64,000 nt of DNA from Paramecium tetraurelia (taxonomy: Eukaryota). The position numbers and the translations under genes are program-made. Under the pieces are notes generated by a model that searched no databases, was not told the DNA's origin, and saw only the letters and a list, made by a program, of their open reading frames with translations. Location: contig CT868001.1 of NCBI GenBank assembly GCA_000165425.1, positions 124,001-188,000 on the forward strand, given 5' to 3'. This document shows positions 25,916-39,284 of this stretch, piece after piece; positions within the stretch are counted from its first letter, which is position 1; the number at the start of each line of letters is the position of its first letter.

Positions 25916-27486
25916 ATGTTCCGTTTTTTATTTTTCATTTTTTGGATAGGATTAAGTGAGGATATATTGAAGGCTTAGATCGAGGACTACTTTTAAGGAA
26001 ATGATATTCTGGAAGATGCGTTTATTAATGATGATTTATACTAATAGGAATTAATATTTTAAGCAGGAGTGTTATTGTTTGAGCAGAATCCCTTAATTGA
26101 ATAAATGCTTGCAATGGCAGAGACAATAGGAGATGGAACAAATGAATAGATGCTTCTGTTGATGAGCGAGGCTGAAAATGAAATTCCTGATTATGCTGAA
26201 TTGTAATCACCAATCAGTGATACAAAAGTGTTTGAGTAACATCAGAGACCAAAAATAGAATAAATTGTAACTGATGAACCTGAATGGTTGGCATAAACTG
26301 AATTCTTTTTGGGTGCCCTAACAGTTTTCATTGCATTCCCTTTGCTCTTGAATTCCGAGGCTAGGAAATACAAACATCATATGATATTAAAGGATGTAGC
26401 AGAATTGAAGAATGAAAATTAATTGATAATATTGCAAGGATCCACATTAACCACAGAAGAGTTCCTGATTGATTACTTAACAGGGATTAAAGTTGAAAAT
26501 GCAATTAGATTTTATAGAAAAGTGGAGGAGTTGGTAATTAACAATTAAGGAGATCGCAAATGGATAGAAAGAGAAAGCGAAATACAGTGGTATGATGACG
26601 AGGACAATGAAGTGTAATTATCAATGTGGAAATCTCAGATTCAAAATAGTTAATGTTTCCTAAAAGGTTATTAATTGAATGATAATCAAATTGAAAAGTT
26701 GAACAATTGGCAGAAACTTAAACTTAATCCAAATCATTATCCAGAGTATCAAATAGACTAGAACAACATTTACTTGGTTGGAAACACAACATTAAGAATT
26801 TCCTTTTGGTACATTCCCACTCAATTGCTTACTGTAGTTTGTAAATCCTATGGCATTTAATTGAACCCCATAGAAATCCATATTCCCATTCTTGAATCTA
26901 CTTAGGGATGCAGTATGAGTTCGACAAGACAAGTATTTATGCAATTTCTATAAAGGGTTGTTAAGAATTGGTCTGTTAGAAGGTGTATCAATGGATTGTG
27001 TGGAATGAATGGTCACAAGACGAGTAGAATATCGATTATGTAGAAGAGGGTTTGGTTTCATTGGAAGAAATATTTGAATCAAAATTGACATTCAAATAGA
27101 GTGACCTGAATAAAATTAGAGTTCTGGCATTTTTCTTAATGTTCTTGGGAATTTGGATGTTCTTTTTGCCAATCTATTAGGTAACACTCTTTGTTTAATC
27201 TTGAGGTATTATCATTGTTCCCAATGTTTGGATAGTTGGACATAGGACCTTATTTGGGCGGAATAGTTGGGTTTATATTTGCAAGTGTGTTTTGGTTGAT
27301 TACAGTTGGAGTATCATATTGGTATAATATTTTCTAATATAGACAAGCTTCTATAACAAAAAAGTTGGATTGACTCTTATCTTTATTGGAATATCAATAT
27401 GCATGATACTTATCGTATGCACTCATTTCGATTACTAAATTTAACCTAAATCTTTTGTGGAGATTTAGTAAAGATGGTTTTCATGA
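25916..27486 (+). CDS. TMEM43/LUMA-like membrane protein
   Basis: N-terminal hydrophobic leader, TM followed by LLLNSEAR, IRFYRKVEE..KWIE, GNTTLRISF, and three C-terminal TMs after IRVLAFFLMFLG. Confidence 0.6.
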
Positions 27487-27658
27487 AAGCATAAACATTA
27501 AATTATTCAACACAATATTATAGCTATACAACATTTATATTATATAAAATAATAGAGTGCTTTTCTATCATAAATTGGAGAGTTCTGATGATAAAATAAC
27601 CAATCTTCTAAAGTCATGCGAATGATTGTACTATATTTTAGTTAATTATATATTCAAA

Positions 27659-28386
27659 TCATATGGCTATTCTGTAAGTAACATATAATCCTGCAGTTTC
27701 ACTTTTTCTTATGATTTTTACCACATCTCCATGATGAAGTCCCAAAAATCTTGCTATTGGATCACTTTGTAATATCCTTGGCAATTGATTATCCACCATC
27801 CCATACTTCTTCAATAATAACTAAATTTATCAAATGAACTTTACCTCTTTCTCTTTATCATTTAAAATGATATGTTGAGGTACTAATTCGTGCTTAGTGA
27901 CATCGTAGACTAAATCGTCTTCTCCAAACAATTCAAACGAGTAGGTTTAGATGGAATTGACTTAATCTATAAAAAACCTTGCCTTTTTTTCCACCACTTA
28001 TGGTTTAGTCGCAAATGGGTCAGTCGGAAATACCATTATGAGTCTCTTGACTTATCGATTAGAAAGCTCACTAATATATTTTTTTGCATCATCGTAATTT
28101 AGAGCTGTTTATTTAGTGTAAAATTAGATAACCATTTTGTCTGTCTCGTCCTCTTTCTATCATATAATTACAGGGAATTCCTTACTTTAAAGCAAACTAC
28201 TCTCTAAGGTAACACATCTGTTCGATATTTTGCTTCAAACAACTCGAAAGGTTCATCTTCAATAAGAATAGGAGGGTTGGCTTCAAAGTACCCTCTTTGT
28301 CTTATCATTGAAGCAAGAGTTTGAAATACTTTATATTTCTTTTTTATTGAAGCTTTATCTTCAGGTCTGTATTCTTCTTCGATCAT
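27659..28386 (-). CDS. RPB5: DNA-directed RNA polymerases I/II/III common subunit RPB5
   Basis: [49 protein letters not shown]-terminal M..QRGY. Confidence 0.95.
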
Positions 28387-29134
28387 TAATTTTAATTAAA
28401 ATAATTAAGAATTTATTTTGGTTCGATTTTTTTCTAATTAAATGTAAACCAAATATTTTAATACTGTTTGTAGCATTCTTTATTGCCATACATAATAAAT
28501 TTTTGAATATAATGTGTATATAATTTTAATATAAGTATTATATAAATAGTGTTAAACAACTAGTAGTTGCAAAGCAATTAATATTTAATAATGATTATTT
28601 TCTATTTGAAATAAATCGTCAGGAAACCAATTTAATTAATGCTAATATACTCTTTTTCCTAGGTATTATTAGCTTAAATGGATATGATAGCCTTGTGTAA
28701 AGTAGAACTTATTCTCTTTTTGAATGAATATCATTATCAATATATAATGTAAAAATACTAATAAACTACTTTTCATAATCGTTCTTAATGAGCTAAGTTA
28801 TGGAGAATGAGATGGTCCGTGATAAAGTTAAAAATATATGTTCGTTATTAAAAATAATTTGAAGTTTTAATTGATATATTTCATACAACATGTACTTCAA
28901 AATAGTTTAGACTTAGAATTCAATATTGAAAGAATAATAAGCAGAAAAAGTCCTCATATTTAGTGGCTACATCCTAATATCTATTTTAAGTACTATGTTA
29001 ACCACCTTATTTTCACTAAATTACCTAATAGATAATGGTCTAATTGATAAGAATTTTATATTTTTGGACTTCCTCCTAATTTAAAACGAATCGAAAGAAT
29101 GATTAATATATAATAATATTTATTTTATATTTCA

Positions 29135-29362
29135 ATGGGAGCTTGTGCAGGAACATAAAAACCATAGAAAGAATCTGAAAAGCCTTTGATAATGCCTCCA
29201 GAACTAACTGATGAGAATGTTAAGAGAATAAAATCATAGTTTGATGATTTAACTTCGTTATTAGAATCTGTAATATCATTCAATATTCGTTAGTTGAGTT
29301 AAGAGTTTAAGACCATAACTGATAACATAATAAAGCTACAGCATTAACATTAAGATAATTGA
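29135..29362 (+). CDS. Small protein with N-terminal acylation-type motif
   Basis: MGACAGT (Gly2 myristoylation, Cys4 palmitoylation pattern); one 24-nt intron; 67 aa. Confidence 0.6.
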
Positions 29363-29417
29363 ACTATGATATAATTAATTATAAGTTTGGAGATAATAAT
29401 AATAATATATTAATTTT

Positions 29418-32400
29418 ATGAAATTGAGGATCAAGCTAATTTTGATGATAGTGTTTTTATCACTTTACTATTTTCTGTTTAGTCTGGTGTTGTTATTAGG
29501 TTAATATTTTGATGAAGAGTATAGAACAGAGAGTGAGACACTGTCCTAAGGAATTTATAACGAGTCTTCATTGGTAAAAGTCAATAGTATTAGATTAGAG
29601 TAGACTTCGATTTGCTCGATATTATTATGGAAGATCCAATAGACCTAATATCAATTCACTTTATGCTATTTAAAATCTAATAGATTACATTGATGATTAT
29701 CAACAATTAGACGATGAGAGTTTGCTTGGATTAAAATGGTATTTTAGCAATGTCACTGATTTGTACATTTTGAAACTTGACTACCCAAGTTAATATTAAC
29801 TATTACAATATTACTCCCCCCTATCGAAATTGATTGAGATCTACAATAAAAATAATGTATTTGATCACTTTCATTTTTTGTGTTAAAATGGATTAGGCAT
29901 TTCATTTTATAGTACTGACATCAAAACTTCCGATGATTGGTACGAAACATCGATATCCAATTGTAAGACATATAATGATTGCTTCGATTATATTAGTGGA
30001 TATTCTCCACAAATCGCATACCCTAAATTAGACTTAAATAATGAAGTTTGGAGAATGAGGGCTGGAAAAGAAGGTTCTGAATGCAAATTGCACATTTAAA
30101 AGAAAAGAGAACTTGCGATAATTAATTCAGGTGCACCAGTAATTTATTCGTTTCTAACAAATGGCCACATTAATATCATTTCCGATGGAGCACTTGTTAA
30201 TAGCACCCTCGAAGATGCTTTATAACTGTGGCCTAATCAAACCAGCGATTTCACTGACCAACTCTACACATTAGTTACTGTCCCAATAGAATTTAGAAAA
30301 TGGAGAATGCTTTATGATGGAATGGGAGAACAACGAATAGTATTGTTTTCTTCTTACCATTTTGTGCATCCAAACTTCCCAAATATTACTCTTACCAAAG
30401 AATTAATTACTAAATGCTCGATGATTTATCTATAGTCGATGTCACTGTCGTATTACAAACAGTTGGCAGGTCAAAATGAAGAAGCATCAAAGATTTCAAT
30501 GAATCTTATCATTATTGCATGTGCTTTGCATGCAGTTCTCATCATTTATTTCTGGAGGAAAGGTGTAGTGATTGCACTTTCTCTTGAAGTTCCCATTAAT
30601 TAATTGATTAAATTAACTAAAGTGGATATGAAATATCTTGAAATACAATACTTCAATTTAGAGAGTTATAAGGATCTCTTTAACAATAAAGAAATAAGGA
30701 AATTCTATGAAGTCATAATCAATTACTTGAATAGCATTAAATACTCAAATAATAAACTCTTATAGGGATCTAAAGATATGGATGAAGCTGAAGCCTTAAT
30801 CATCTTAAGTATGTCAAAGAGATTCTATAAAAAATACTATAATAACCCTGCTGTTGGCATCTGTGCCAATAATATTGCTAAAATTCATATGAGAAATCAA
30901 AGATATCTTGAAGCTATGAATGAATAAGAGGAATCAGTGTTGATAGCAAATTAAGATTTGTAAAGTTTAAAAGAAATGGAATAGTATGCAAATTAAGCAG
31001 CACAGCCATAAGATGATTAATAATTAATTAAATTGTATCTTAGGTTAAAAAATAATGTTTTATAAAAATTCTAAAGACAAGAAGAAAAAGTGATGAAGGA
31101 AGTTATAAAAGATTTGGAAAGTAAAACAAAGGTCATTTAAAACTCTCAAAATTTTACAGTAAGAAGGTAAACTACTTAAAGGTTTAAAAATGATACCTAA
31201 ATTAAAAGTTCAATAGAATCTGAGGTGCATAATTTGAATCAACAAACACCTAAGCGAACAAATACTATGTTTAGAAAAACATACCAGGAAGATAAAAATC
31301 CAATTCAAGAAGAAAATGTTGATTTACCTAGTGAACGATTGGAGAATTTAGGAAGTCCAAAAAAGTCTAGTCCTATTTCTAGAATATAAAATACTGAAGA
31401 ATACTCTAAAAAGTAGGTTATTATTGAACACAAAATTGTATTTAGAAAATATCAATTGGCTTGTATTCTTTACAATTATAGTATGACAAAATCTTAATCA
31501 ACATTTCTTAATGAAAGTGTTAAACAATTCAATGATATTATGGATGATCTTTAGAATCTTCCTGAATGCTTTTCTATTCTATATATGAAGATCAATATCA
31601 TAGCAAAAAAGGCGTTTTGTTTTGCCAGAGCTGGAATGCTGGAGAAAGCAAAATTAGAATTGGAAGAAGCTGAAACTAAATTGAAAAATTTGTAAAACAA
31701 TAGGACTGAAATTAAATAACTGGAAATTTCTGATTTTGTGGATATTTTTAGAGATATTCCTTTAGAAATTTTAAGAGAAAAGTTAACAGGTTTAGAGGTA
31801 ATTAGTTTGACTCATTTAGGCATCGTTATTAATGATTAGAGGAGAGTATGTCGAAGCTTGTTATAAGTTTATTTCTATTCTAAAAGCAGAAGGACACTAT
31901 GATCCTGGATTTTAGAAATTTGTATTGAAGACATTAACCAAAATATTTAAAAGATGCAATGTAGATCATAATTGCTTGATCAAATTCTCACAATAAAATT
32001 AACTTAAAAGACTCGAACTGATCTTTCTACTTGATTACTCATCAGAAATGACGACAGAGCAATTTACTTTATCTCATCATATGTGTCAGAATGTTGTCTA
32101 ATCTTTGAATGATGACTCATTTGTTGGACTATATGCATTCAACGAATCCCTCCATGAGATATTCCCTTTACAATTGAAGGGAACCTACAAAAAGCTTTTA
32201 GAATCAACTATAGAAAAGGTTTTGATCAAACCAGGCGGATAAGGTAACATCTTCTCAGCCCTTGAGATTACGATAGCATCTTTGTTTGAGAAGGATAAGC
32301 CAGAGTAAAGCAAATAATTATCGTTACACTTGAAATCAAATTAGATCAAATAGCAAATTGAATAAGAGGAATTCAGATGCTCGGATATGGAGTTTAGATG

Positions 32401-32857
32401 CAAGACGAGTTCACCCAGAGTAGGAATAACGGTTTCAGGTGGATTTAGTTAGGCCTTGAAATAATACGAAGAAAATTAGTTTGATAATGTTAGTTTAAAT
32501 TAAAATATGGTAAGAATTGAAGATAATATTTCTTAGAATCAATATAAAGTTGATATTGATAACATTGATGAAGAAAAAGATGAACACACCATCAGATATG
32601 TATGCATATTTAGTGAAGGAGTTCACAATTACAACCAAATGTCAATTGATAGATTGAAAAGCTTGATAGAAAAGAAGAATATCCACTTACTAATTTTCAA
32701 TATTGCTAACTAGAATATGAATATGCTTTATCTCAAATAATTATCTTAGGTGTCTTCAGAGAGTAGATTCTTTACAAATGAAATTGAAATCAAAGACTTT
32801 TTTTCAAAACTTAGAACTAATGATTTTACTAAAAGAGTTTATTTAGAATTCTTTTGA
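29418..32857 (+). CDS. Membrane protein: TM - extracellular domain - TM - HAMP-like - TPR - C-terminal VWA domain
   Basis: Two hydrophobic segments flanking about 330 aa; PINQL..EIRKFY HAMP-like linker; TPR-like AVGICANNIAKIHM; VWA LIFLLDYSSEM, VGLYAFNE, YVCIFSEG. Confidence 0.75.
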
Positions 32858-33047
32858 ATATAAATTCACTATTTATAAAAATTATTTTTATAAATATCTC
32901 ATCCATATTATATTCTTTCCATTATTTTGATGAATATTCTTAGGTAGTGAAATCGAAAAATTAGAGAAACATAAGTATATTATAATATTAGGAATAATCT
33001 ACTTTTATTACTTAAATGATTAAAATATGAAAGATATCTACTCATTG

Positions 33048-33801
33048 TCATTATTATTGAAACAATACCATATACTTTTACAGTATCATTTGCTTAGTTT
33101 GATGCAAATGATTTTCTATTTAAGATATATGTTATCTGAGTTCTTAAATTTTATCAGCATTATCTAAATCCTCATTTCTAAAATATAATTAGGTCTTACT
33201 GTTATAGTTATTAGATTTTTAAGATAATTTCTGCAATACTATCTCCTTGAAGATCTGTATTTTTACTACAAATTTTAAGTTTTTTCAGGAGATGGTGTTT
33301 GACTTAATTAACAGTAGAGCCTGGAATTTGTTAAGCTATATCGGTAAAGCTAGTTCCCTTTCGTGATTACTCCATAATGAAAGCTTCTTCAGATATAGTA
33401 AACCTTTGTTTTGCTTAAAAATAGTTTATAGGCTTACTTGATTTGCAAGTTCTTGGTTTTGATTTTTTTTTGTCTCTTCTCTTACTCAGACAATCAGAAC
33501 ACTGTGAACAACTGGCCTCTGCTTCATAATTATCTTCCAATTCAAATTGTTGCTGCTGTTTCGCTGTTCTTTGAATGAATTCGAACCCATTTTTTTCATT
33601 CTTTAAGTTTGATATTTCTATATCAGGAAAGAGATATTATTCAGTTTTTTTGGCAGATATTTCAAAAATAGATTATTCTTCTAAGATGTTTGATCCAGCA
33701 TTAGTAGATACTTCCTAATCTTATTTAGGTGATGCAATCAATTATTATTTCCAGAAATTTGTAGCTTGATTACAAATTTTTTCAAGCCCATTTCGATTCA
33801 T
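33048..33801 (-). CDS. Single Myb/SANT-like domain protein
   Basis: QRFTISEEAFIMEQSRKGTSFTDIAQQIPGSTVNQVKHH; two micro-introns. Confidence 0.7.
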
Positions 33802-33846
33802 TAGATTTAATAATTAAAAATGAAAATCAGAATATAATAATCAACC

Positions 33847-34779
33847 TCAATTTTTTCTTTTTATTTGAATCCCATTTATTTCCTGTGATTATTTGCTAAT
33901 CTTCCCTAAATATTATATTTCCTGTTATAAAATTGGTTCCGAACTTTTCCATCTCTCTATCTCTTTTTAACACGCATTTACTTCGTTTAACTGAATATAA
34001 GTGTCCTCCATCTTTTCAATTAGCATTTTCAATAAATCATTATCAATTACTATCTTCGACAAATTCTTTTCACTCAAATCAATATCACACTCCTTGTTAA
34101 AGAATTACTAGTAGCAATAACGAAAGGATTGTTCCAAATGACTCAAACTCAATTTCTCACATCCATTTTCATTTTACAACAAAATAGCATTCCCTATTTT
34201 AAAATGTACAGCACTAAGTTCCTTATAATTAAACGAGTTTTTCAAAATGTCCAAGGCCGCATAAAAATTTAGTAATCCGTCCTTGTAATCTTCTCTCCAA
34301 GTCTAGAGGTCTCCTATGCGTATCAAAATCAAACTCATTTCTAACTCAGTCTCATTTATTTTCGATCTAATTTCTATCATAATCTAAAAAGGCTTACGTT
34401 GCAACTATTCCTATAATTTATACATCTCTATATTTTGCTTATCAAGTCTGTTTCGAATGATTGTCTTTGCTGCTTCCAAGTTCTCAAAGGCCAATTATGT
34501 ATTCTTTAATTCCCTATCATTTCTTGAAATTTCCACGCAATTCAATGAATTCTCTACAGAATCTTATGATTATTCCAATATTTAAACTAAAATGCTTCCA
34601 TATTCAAAATAAAATTATGCCATATTATTATCCAATTAATCTTGATAATATTGCGCCGCCTTTTCAATTAATTTAACCATTTTATCTTCCAACTCCTTCA
34701 AATCAATGCTTTCATTTTTCAAGGATCTAATCCCATCTAACTCCTTAATTAAAGACTTTTCCTTTTTCTTTGATTTCAT
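33847..34779 (-). CDS. NASP/Sim3/Hif1-like SHNi-TPR histone chaperone homologue
   Basis: AQFYFEYGSIL, QLAFENLEAAKTI, LIRIGDLQTWREDYKDGL, LSAVHFKIGNA resemble the successive NASP TPR motifs; basic C-terminus. Confidence 0.65.
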
Positions 34780-35752
34780 TATTTTATAAATTAAATATAA
34801 AATTAAGCACTATTATTAACAAGAAAGTATAATAAATAAATTATATAATAATATAATTTATAATATTAATGACAAGTAAATATTATAAAGTTCTCCAGTT
34901 AGCCTTTTATCTAATTTCCAATAAGAGACCAAGCTTATCTTCCTACAGATATGCCAATTTGATAGGCTGAAAGAATATAGATTTTCAAGGAAAAAAAGTA
35001 ATAATTAATATTAGAGGGTTAATATAAAATTTGGAAATTCTCTGATGGATGACACAAATATTACTTGACTTAATTCCATAAACTTAAATAGAACTTTATG
35101 ATAAATCTTTGAAGGATTAAGTAGTTAAAAATCAGTATAACCTAAGTTATCATTAATTAATAAGTTATAAATATATATATGGGAAATAAGTAAAGGAAAT
35201 TAAATAATAAACATTTTATCGCTCTACTAAGATTTTTCAACAATAATAATTAATACAATTGAATGGAAATATTATGTCATGAAATAAAGTTGTGAAAATA
35301 AAGCTATTTTTCTTAAGATCTAAGTCTGCTTTGGAACATCATTATTAATTTTTTCAATTATTAAGAATCAATAAATATTTATATTTTAACTAATAAAAAT
35401 ATTCTTAAAAATATTCAAATGTTAAATTGGATAATGTTAACAAAATTTAAAATTCTTTAGTTGTTAAATTTTTATTTAAAGTAATGAGTAAGCTATTAAA
35501 TTGAATAAATTATAATATATACTTTTTTTTCAATTTTCCTTGGACTTGCTTTGGTATTGCAATTAAAGTTTAGACTAATTTCTTGAAATTGCATCTTCAA
35601 GAAAGACAATTCTGTAATTTACATTTATTGCGTTTGAATTAATTAATTATATATTTGTATCAAAATTGATTAACATAATATTTATTAAAGAGAAACATAA
35701 TTTTAATGACCATATAAAATTTATCATTAATATTTATATATAATTTTTTAAT

Positions 35753-36440
35753 TCATTTGAGCAATTTTTTCGCTTTAACAATTAAATTATCAATTATGTA
35801 GGGTTTTACGTAAGATTTCTCCGAAAATATCACTAAAATAAATTTTCCAGAAGGGAAATGAGAGGACACCTAAGTTAAAAATTACATGAATAGAAAACTT
35901 CAGTGATTGAAATTCTTTAAAATTCACCTCTGCCTCTCAGAAGTATTTGTGTTTATCCCTTAAATATTGGTTTCCCTTTAATATTGGCATCAACTTCTTT
36001 TGGAAATTTCTCCGATGTGTATCTGAGTTGTAAGGGAATTTTACATTCTTAAATAAACAGGACAGTCTTCATCCTCTAAAACTTCTCCATTCATACCTCT
36101 CAAACTAACAGACAAATTGAACATCCTCTCTCGATAGATCTCCTTGATCTCTTCTTCTAAATTCAAGTAGGATATGAAATGCTTATGACCCAATTGACTC
36201 AAAATAAATTGATGTTGGCTAATTAGAATAAATCTGATACTTCTGTCTATGTATAGTGATTCTGGATTGCAATCCCTACTTGGGGACAATTTTAGTAGGT
36301 AAATTTTCGATGCACTTTTTCAAAGAGTCCAATCCTATTGACAAATTGTGCTGGATGAGACTTTAAGTTTGCAACATATCTCTCAGCATTTTGAGATTTA
36401 GGTCCTTTTATTTTTCTAAGAACTCTTCCAATTCCTACAT
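35753..36440 (-). CDS. Hypothetical protein with EVSSHF motif
   Basis: Open frame with three micro-introns; C-terminal ISITEVSSHFPSGKFILVI...VKPYIIDNLIVKAKK. Confidence 0.7.
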
Positions 36441-36651
36441 AATAAGTTTTAAAATTATCTAATTATGATTCATTCATAAATTTGAAACATTTGAAATGTA
36501 TGCTTAGAATAAGGGTAATTTATTTAAATTACAATATTATTCTTTTGGAATTGAAAGTAGTTTCCGTTTCATTAACCTCATAGTCGAAAGAAGGCAACAG
36601 TTTAATACATTCAATCAAAATATTATATAAGAATAATCATTTCCCATAACC

Positions 36652-39211
36652 TCAATGTTACTAGCCTGGCTTCTAATAATAGCTTTGCACATAATTGGAT
36701 TGAGTTGCAGTTGGTTGAGCAAGGATACTGATCATTTTTCCCTCGCCCATTTCCTGATGTTGAGATTTGTAGGCAATGATTGATTAATTAGTTTTTTTCA
36801 CTTGCTGAATGATATAGGGATTCTAAATCATGGGGATAACCTCATTAAGCATGAGAGCATTTCTATTTGCAGCATGCATATCTAAGATAGAATTAATGTG
36901 ATACTCATTTCTTAATCATTTAACCCTGAATCATCATACAACATGGGGATCTATTTCTTTTTCAGCAGATCCCTAGCCTCCTGACATCCCATTTGAGCAG
37001 ATCTCTAATATCTTTGTATTGCATAATTGACATCCTTTTTAACGTATTTCCCAGCCTCATACATCAATCCCAAATGGAAATCAGCCTTGGCATTCCCTAA
37101 TTTCGAAGCCTCTTCATAAGCATTGAAAGCCTTGGCAAAATCTATACTGACTCCTTCATATCCCTATTCATAAATGAGACCCATGTTAATTAATGCTTCT
37201 GAATCCTTCAATTCAGCAGCCTCCCTGTAAAATTTAAGAGCCTCTCTTTAATTCTGTGGTACACCAAATCCACTATGGTAACAATCTCCTAATTTTGTCA
37301 TGCAACTAGAATTCTTTAGTTGTGCTCCTTTAAAATAATAATGGATAGCATTTTGAGCATCCTTTTACACTCCAAACCCACACTCATAGAGATGTCCTAA
37401 ATAGAAATAGACTTCTGTGATTTCTGGGTTTTGAATCATGATCTGAATCAAGTATTAATGAGCAAATAAATAATCTTCCTACCTTCCTGAATTGCTGCAA
37501 TCTTTCATCACAAAATGCATGTATTACAGTCTGCAAGCAACATCCCCCTTCAATGCCCCTTCTTTATAATAGCTTTTTGCCTACTCTAAATTGACTCCAA
37601 CTCCTTAACCAAATTCATGACATTATGCCAACCAATAGAGCGAATTGGCATAACCAAGTTCTTTGGCCATTTCGAAGTATTTGATAGCTTTACGATAGTT
37701 ATTTCCAACTACTATTTCTTAATAATCTGGATGGTTGTAATAAAATAATCCTAGTGCATTAATAGCTCTAGGATATCTGACTTTCTTTCCCTAAGAATAG
37801 TAGAACTAGGCTGAATCTAGACTGGGATCTTGTATATCTAACAAACTTAAGATTAATAATATGTACATTATTCCCCATCTTCGCTTTTGAGTCCATTCTC
37901 AAATATCTCTCCCAAATCTACCAGTGCATCCAAATGTCCCTATTCACTTGCCTACTAAAAGAATACAACAGCCTCTGACTTTTACTCATCCTTTGTCTAT
38001 AATTTCCCTTGAGATAGCATCTATCCATCAATCAATTCATCTAATAGCAAACGACCGATTCTATACAAACCTTCTGCATTTTTTGCTGCGGCACTCTTCT
38101 CCCAATAAGTATATGCTTTGTTTAAATCTTTGGGGAAGAATTTGCCTTCAGAAAATATTTAGGCTATAACATTTTGCGCATTAACGTCTTAGTTTACTTC
38201 TGCCAATTCATAGTATAAATTTAGAGCCTCAGTGATATTCTAAGGTTTCCCAATACCGTAGAGCATCTCATGTGCAGTTCTCAATCTATCATCCGAAACA
38301 GGTTAATCTCTATAGACTTGAACTTCTTTAACCTTCTCAACATATTCAACCACTTTCTTCTCAACAGGTTTATCCACATATACTATCTTTTCAATAGGCT
38401 TATCAACATAAACGATTTTATCAACTGGTTTATCCACATATACTATTTTATCAACAGGTTTCTCGATTATCTTAGTTTCTCCTGCTGCACTAGGAAAATA
38501 ATCATTTAATTGCTTAATTAGGAATGATCTAAAATCGTCATAATTAAGACTGGTTTTAACTACAACAATATCAACATTATTATTTTCTAAATTAGGCAAC
38601 GCTGCCCATTAAATAAAGTCAAACTCTATTTTTCTAAATTCGTTTTCAAAATTTTTTAAGGCTTCTCCCTTTCCACAACAACCCGAATTTGCTAATCTAC
38701 CAAGACTAACACTAATTGAATTCATATTATCTTGAGTTGATTTGGCCAAAGTTTAATAGTATTCATTTAACTTAATTTTAACTTTAGACTTGTCCTAATC
38801 GATATTCAAAATCAATTTTTATTAATCCAAGAAGGGCTTGCTGAATCTTTATCTAGCTTCTTATGGTATTTTTTGGTTATCCACAATTTGGTTTGCTATT
38901 CTCTCTATAAAAATTTAAATAAATCAGTTACTAAATGGTTGCTCAGTTGCCCATCCCTTAATTTTCTACCATAAAGCCACAGCCACTTAATCGTTTTTCC
39001 CTTAATCTTGTTTTTACTTCATCTGTTTTTCTTATTCAACCTAAAAATGGGAATATCAACAATAGGGTACTTCAATATCTTTGACAGCACTCCTCAAACG
39101 TTCCATAATAATCTATTCTAACTATGTTATGACATGTTCCTTTTTTCCTTGATCATTTTTATCTTTACTCCCACTAGATGGTCGAGCATTAGAGTGAGTT
39201 GATCGATCCAT
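36652..39211 (-). CDS. Sel1-like repeat protein
   Basis: About ten Sel1 repeats (e.g. LGDCYHSGFGVPQNQREALKFYREAA, MGLIYEQGYEGVSIDFAKAFNAYEEA), preceded by a helical N-terminus and VDKP repeats. Confidence 0.9.
38361..38461. repeat. 30-bp coding tandem repeat (about 3.4 units) encoding KPVDKIVYVD
   Basis: Units begin at 38361, 38391, 38421 and 38451 (tcaacaggtttatccacatatactat...). Confidence 0.9.
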
Positions 39212-39284
39212 TTTATTAAATTAATTTGAATTGAGAAATACTTGTGAAATATATATATACTGATTTTCGTTAATTTCAATCATA

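Noticed and set aside
34869..35110. DnaJ-like start (YYKVLQL)
   Set aside because: No HPD motif and an early stop; too weak to call.
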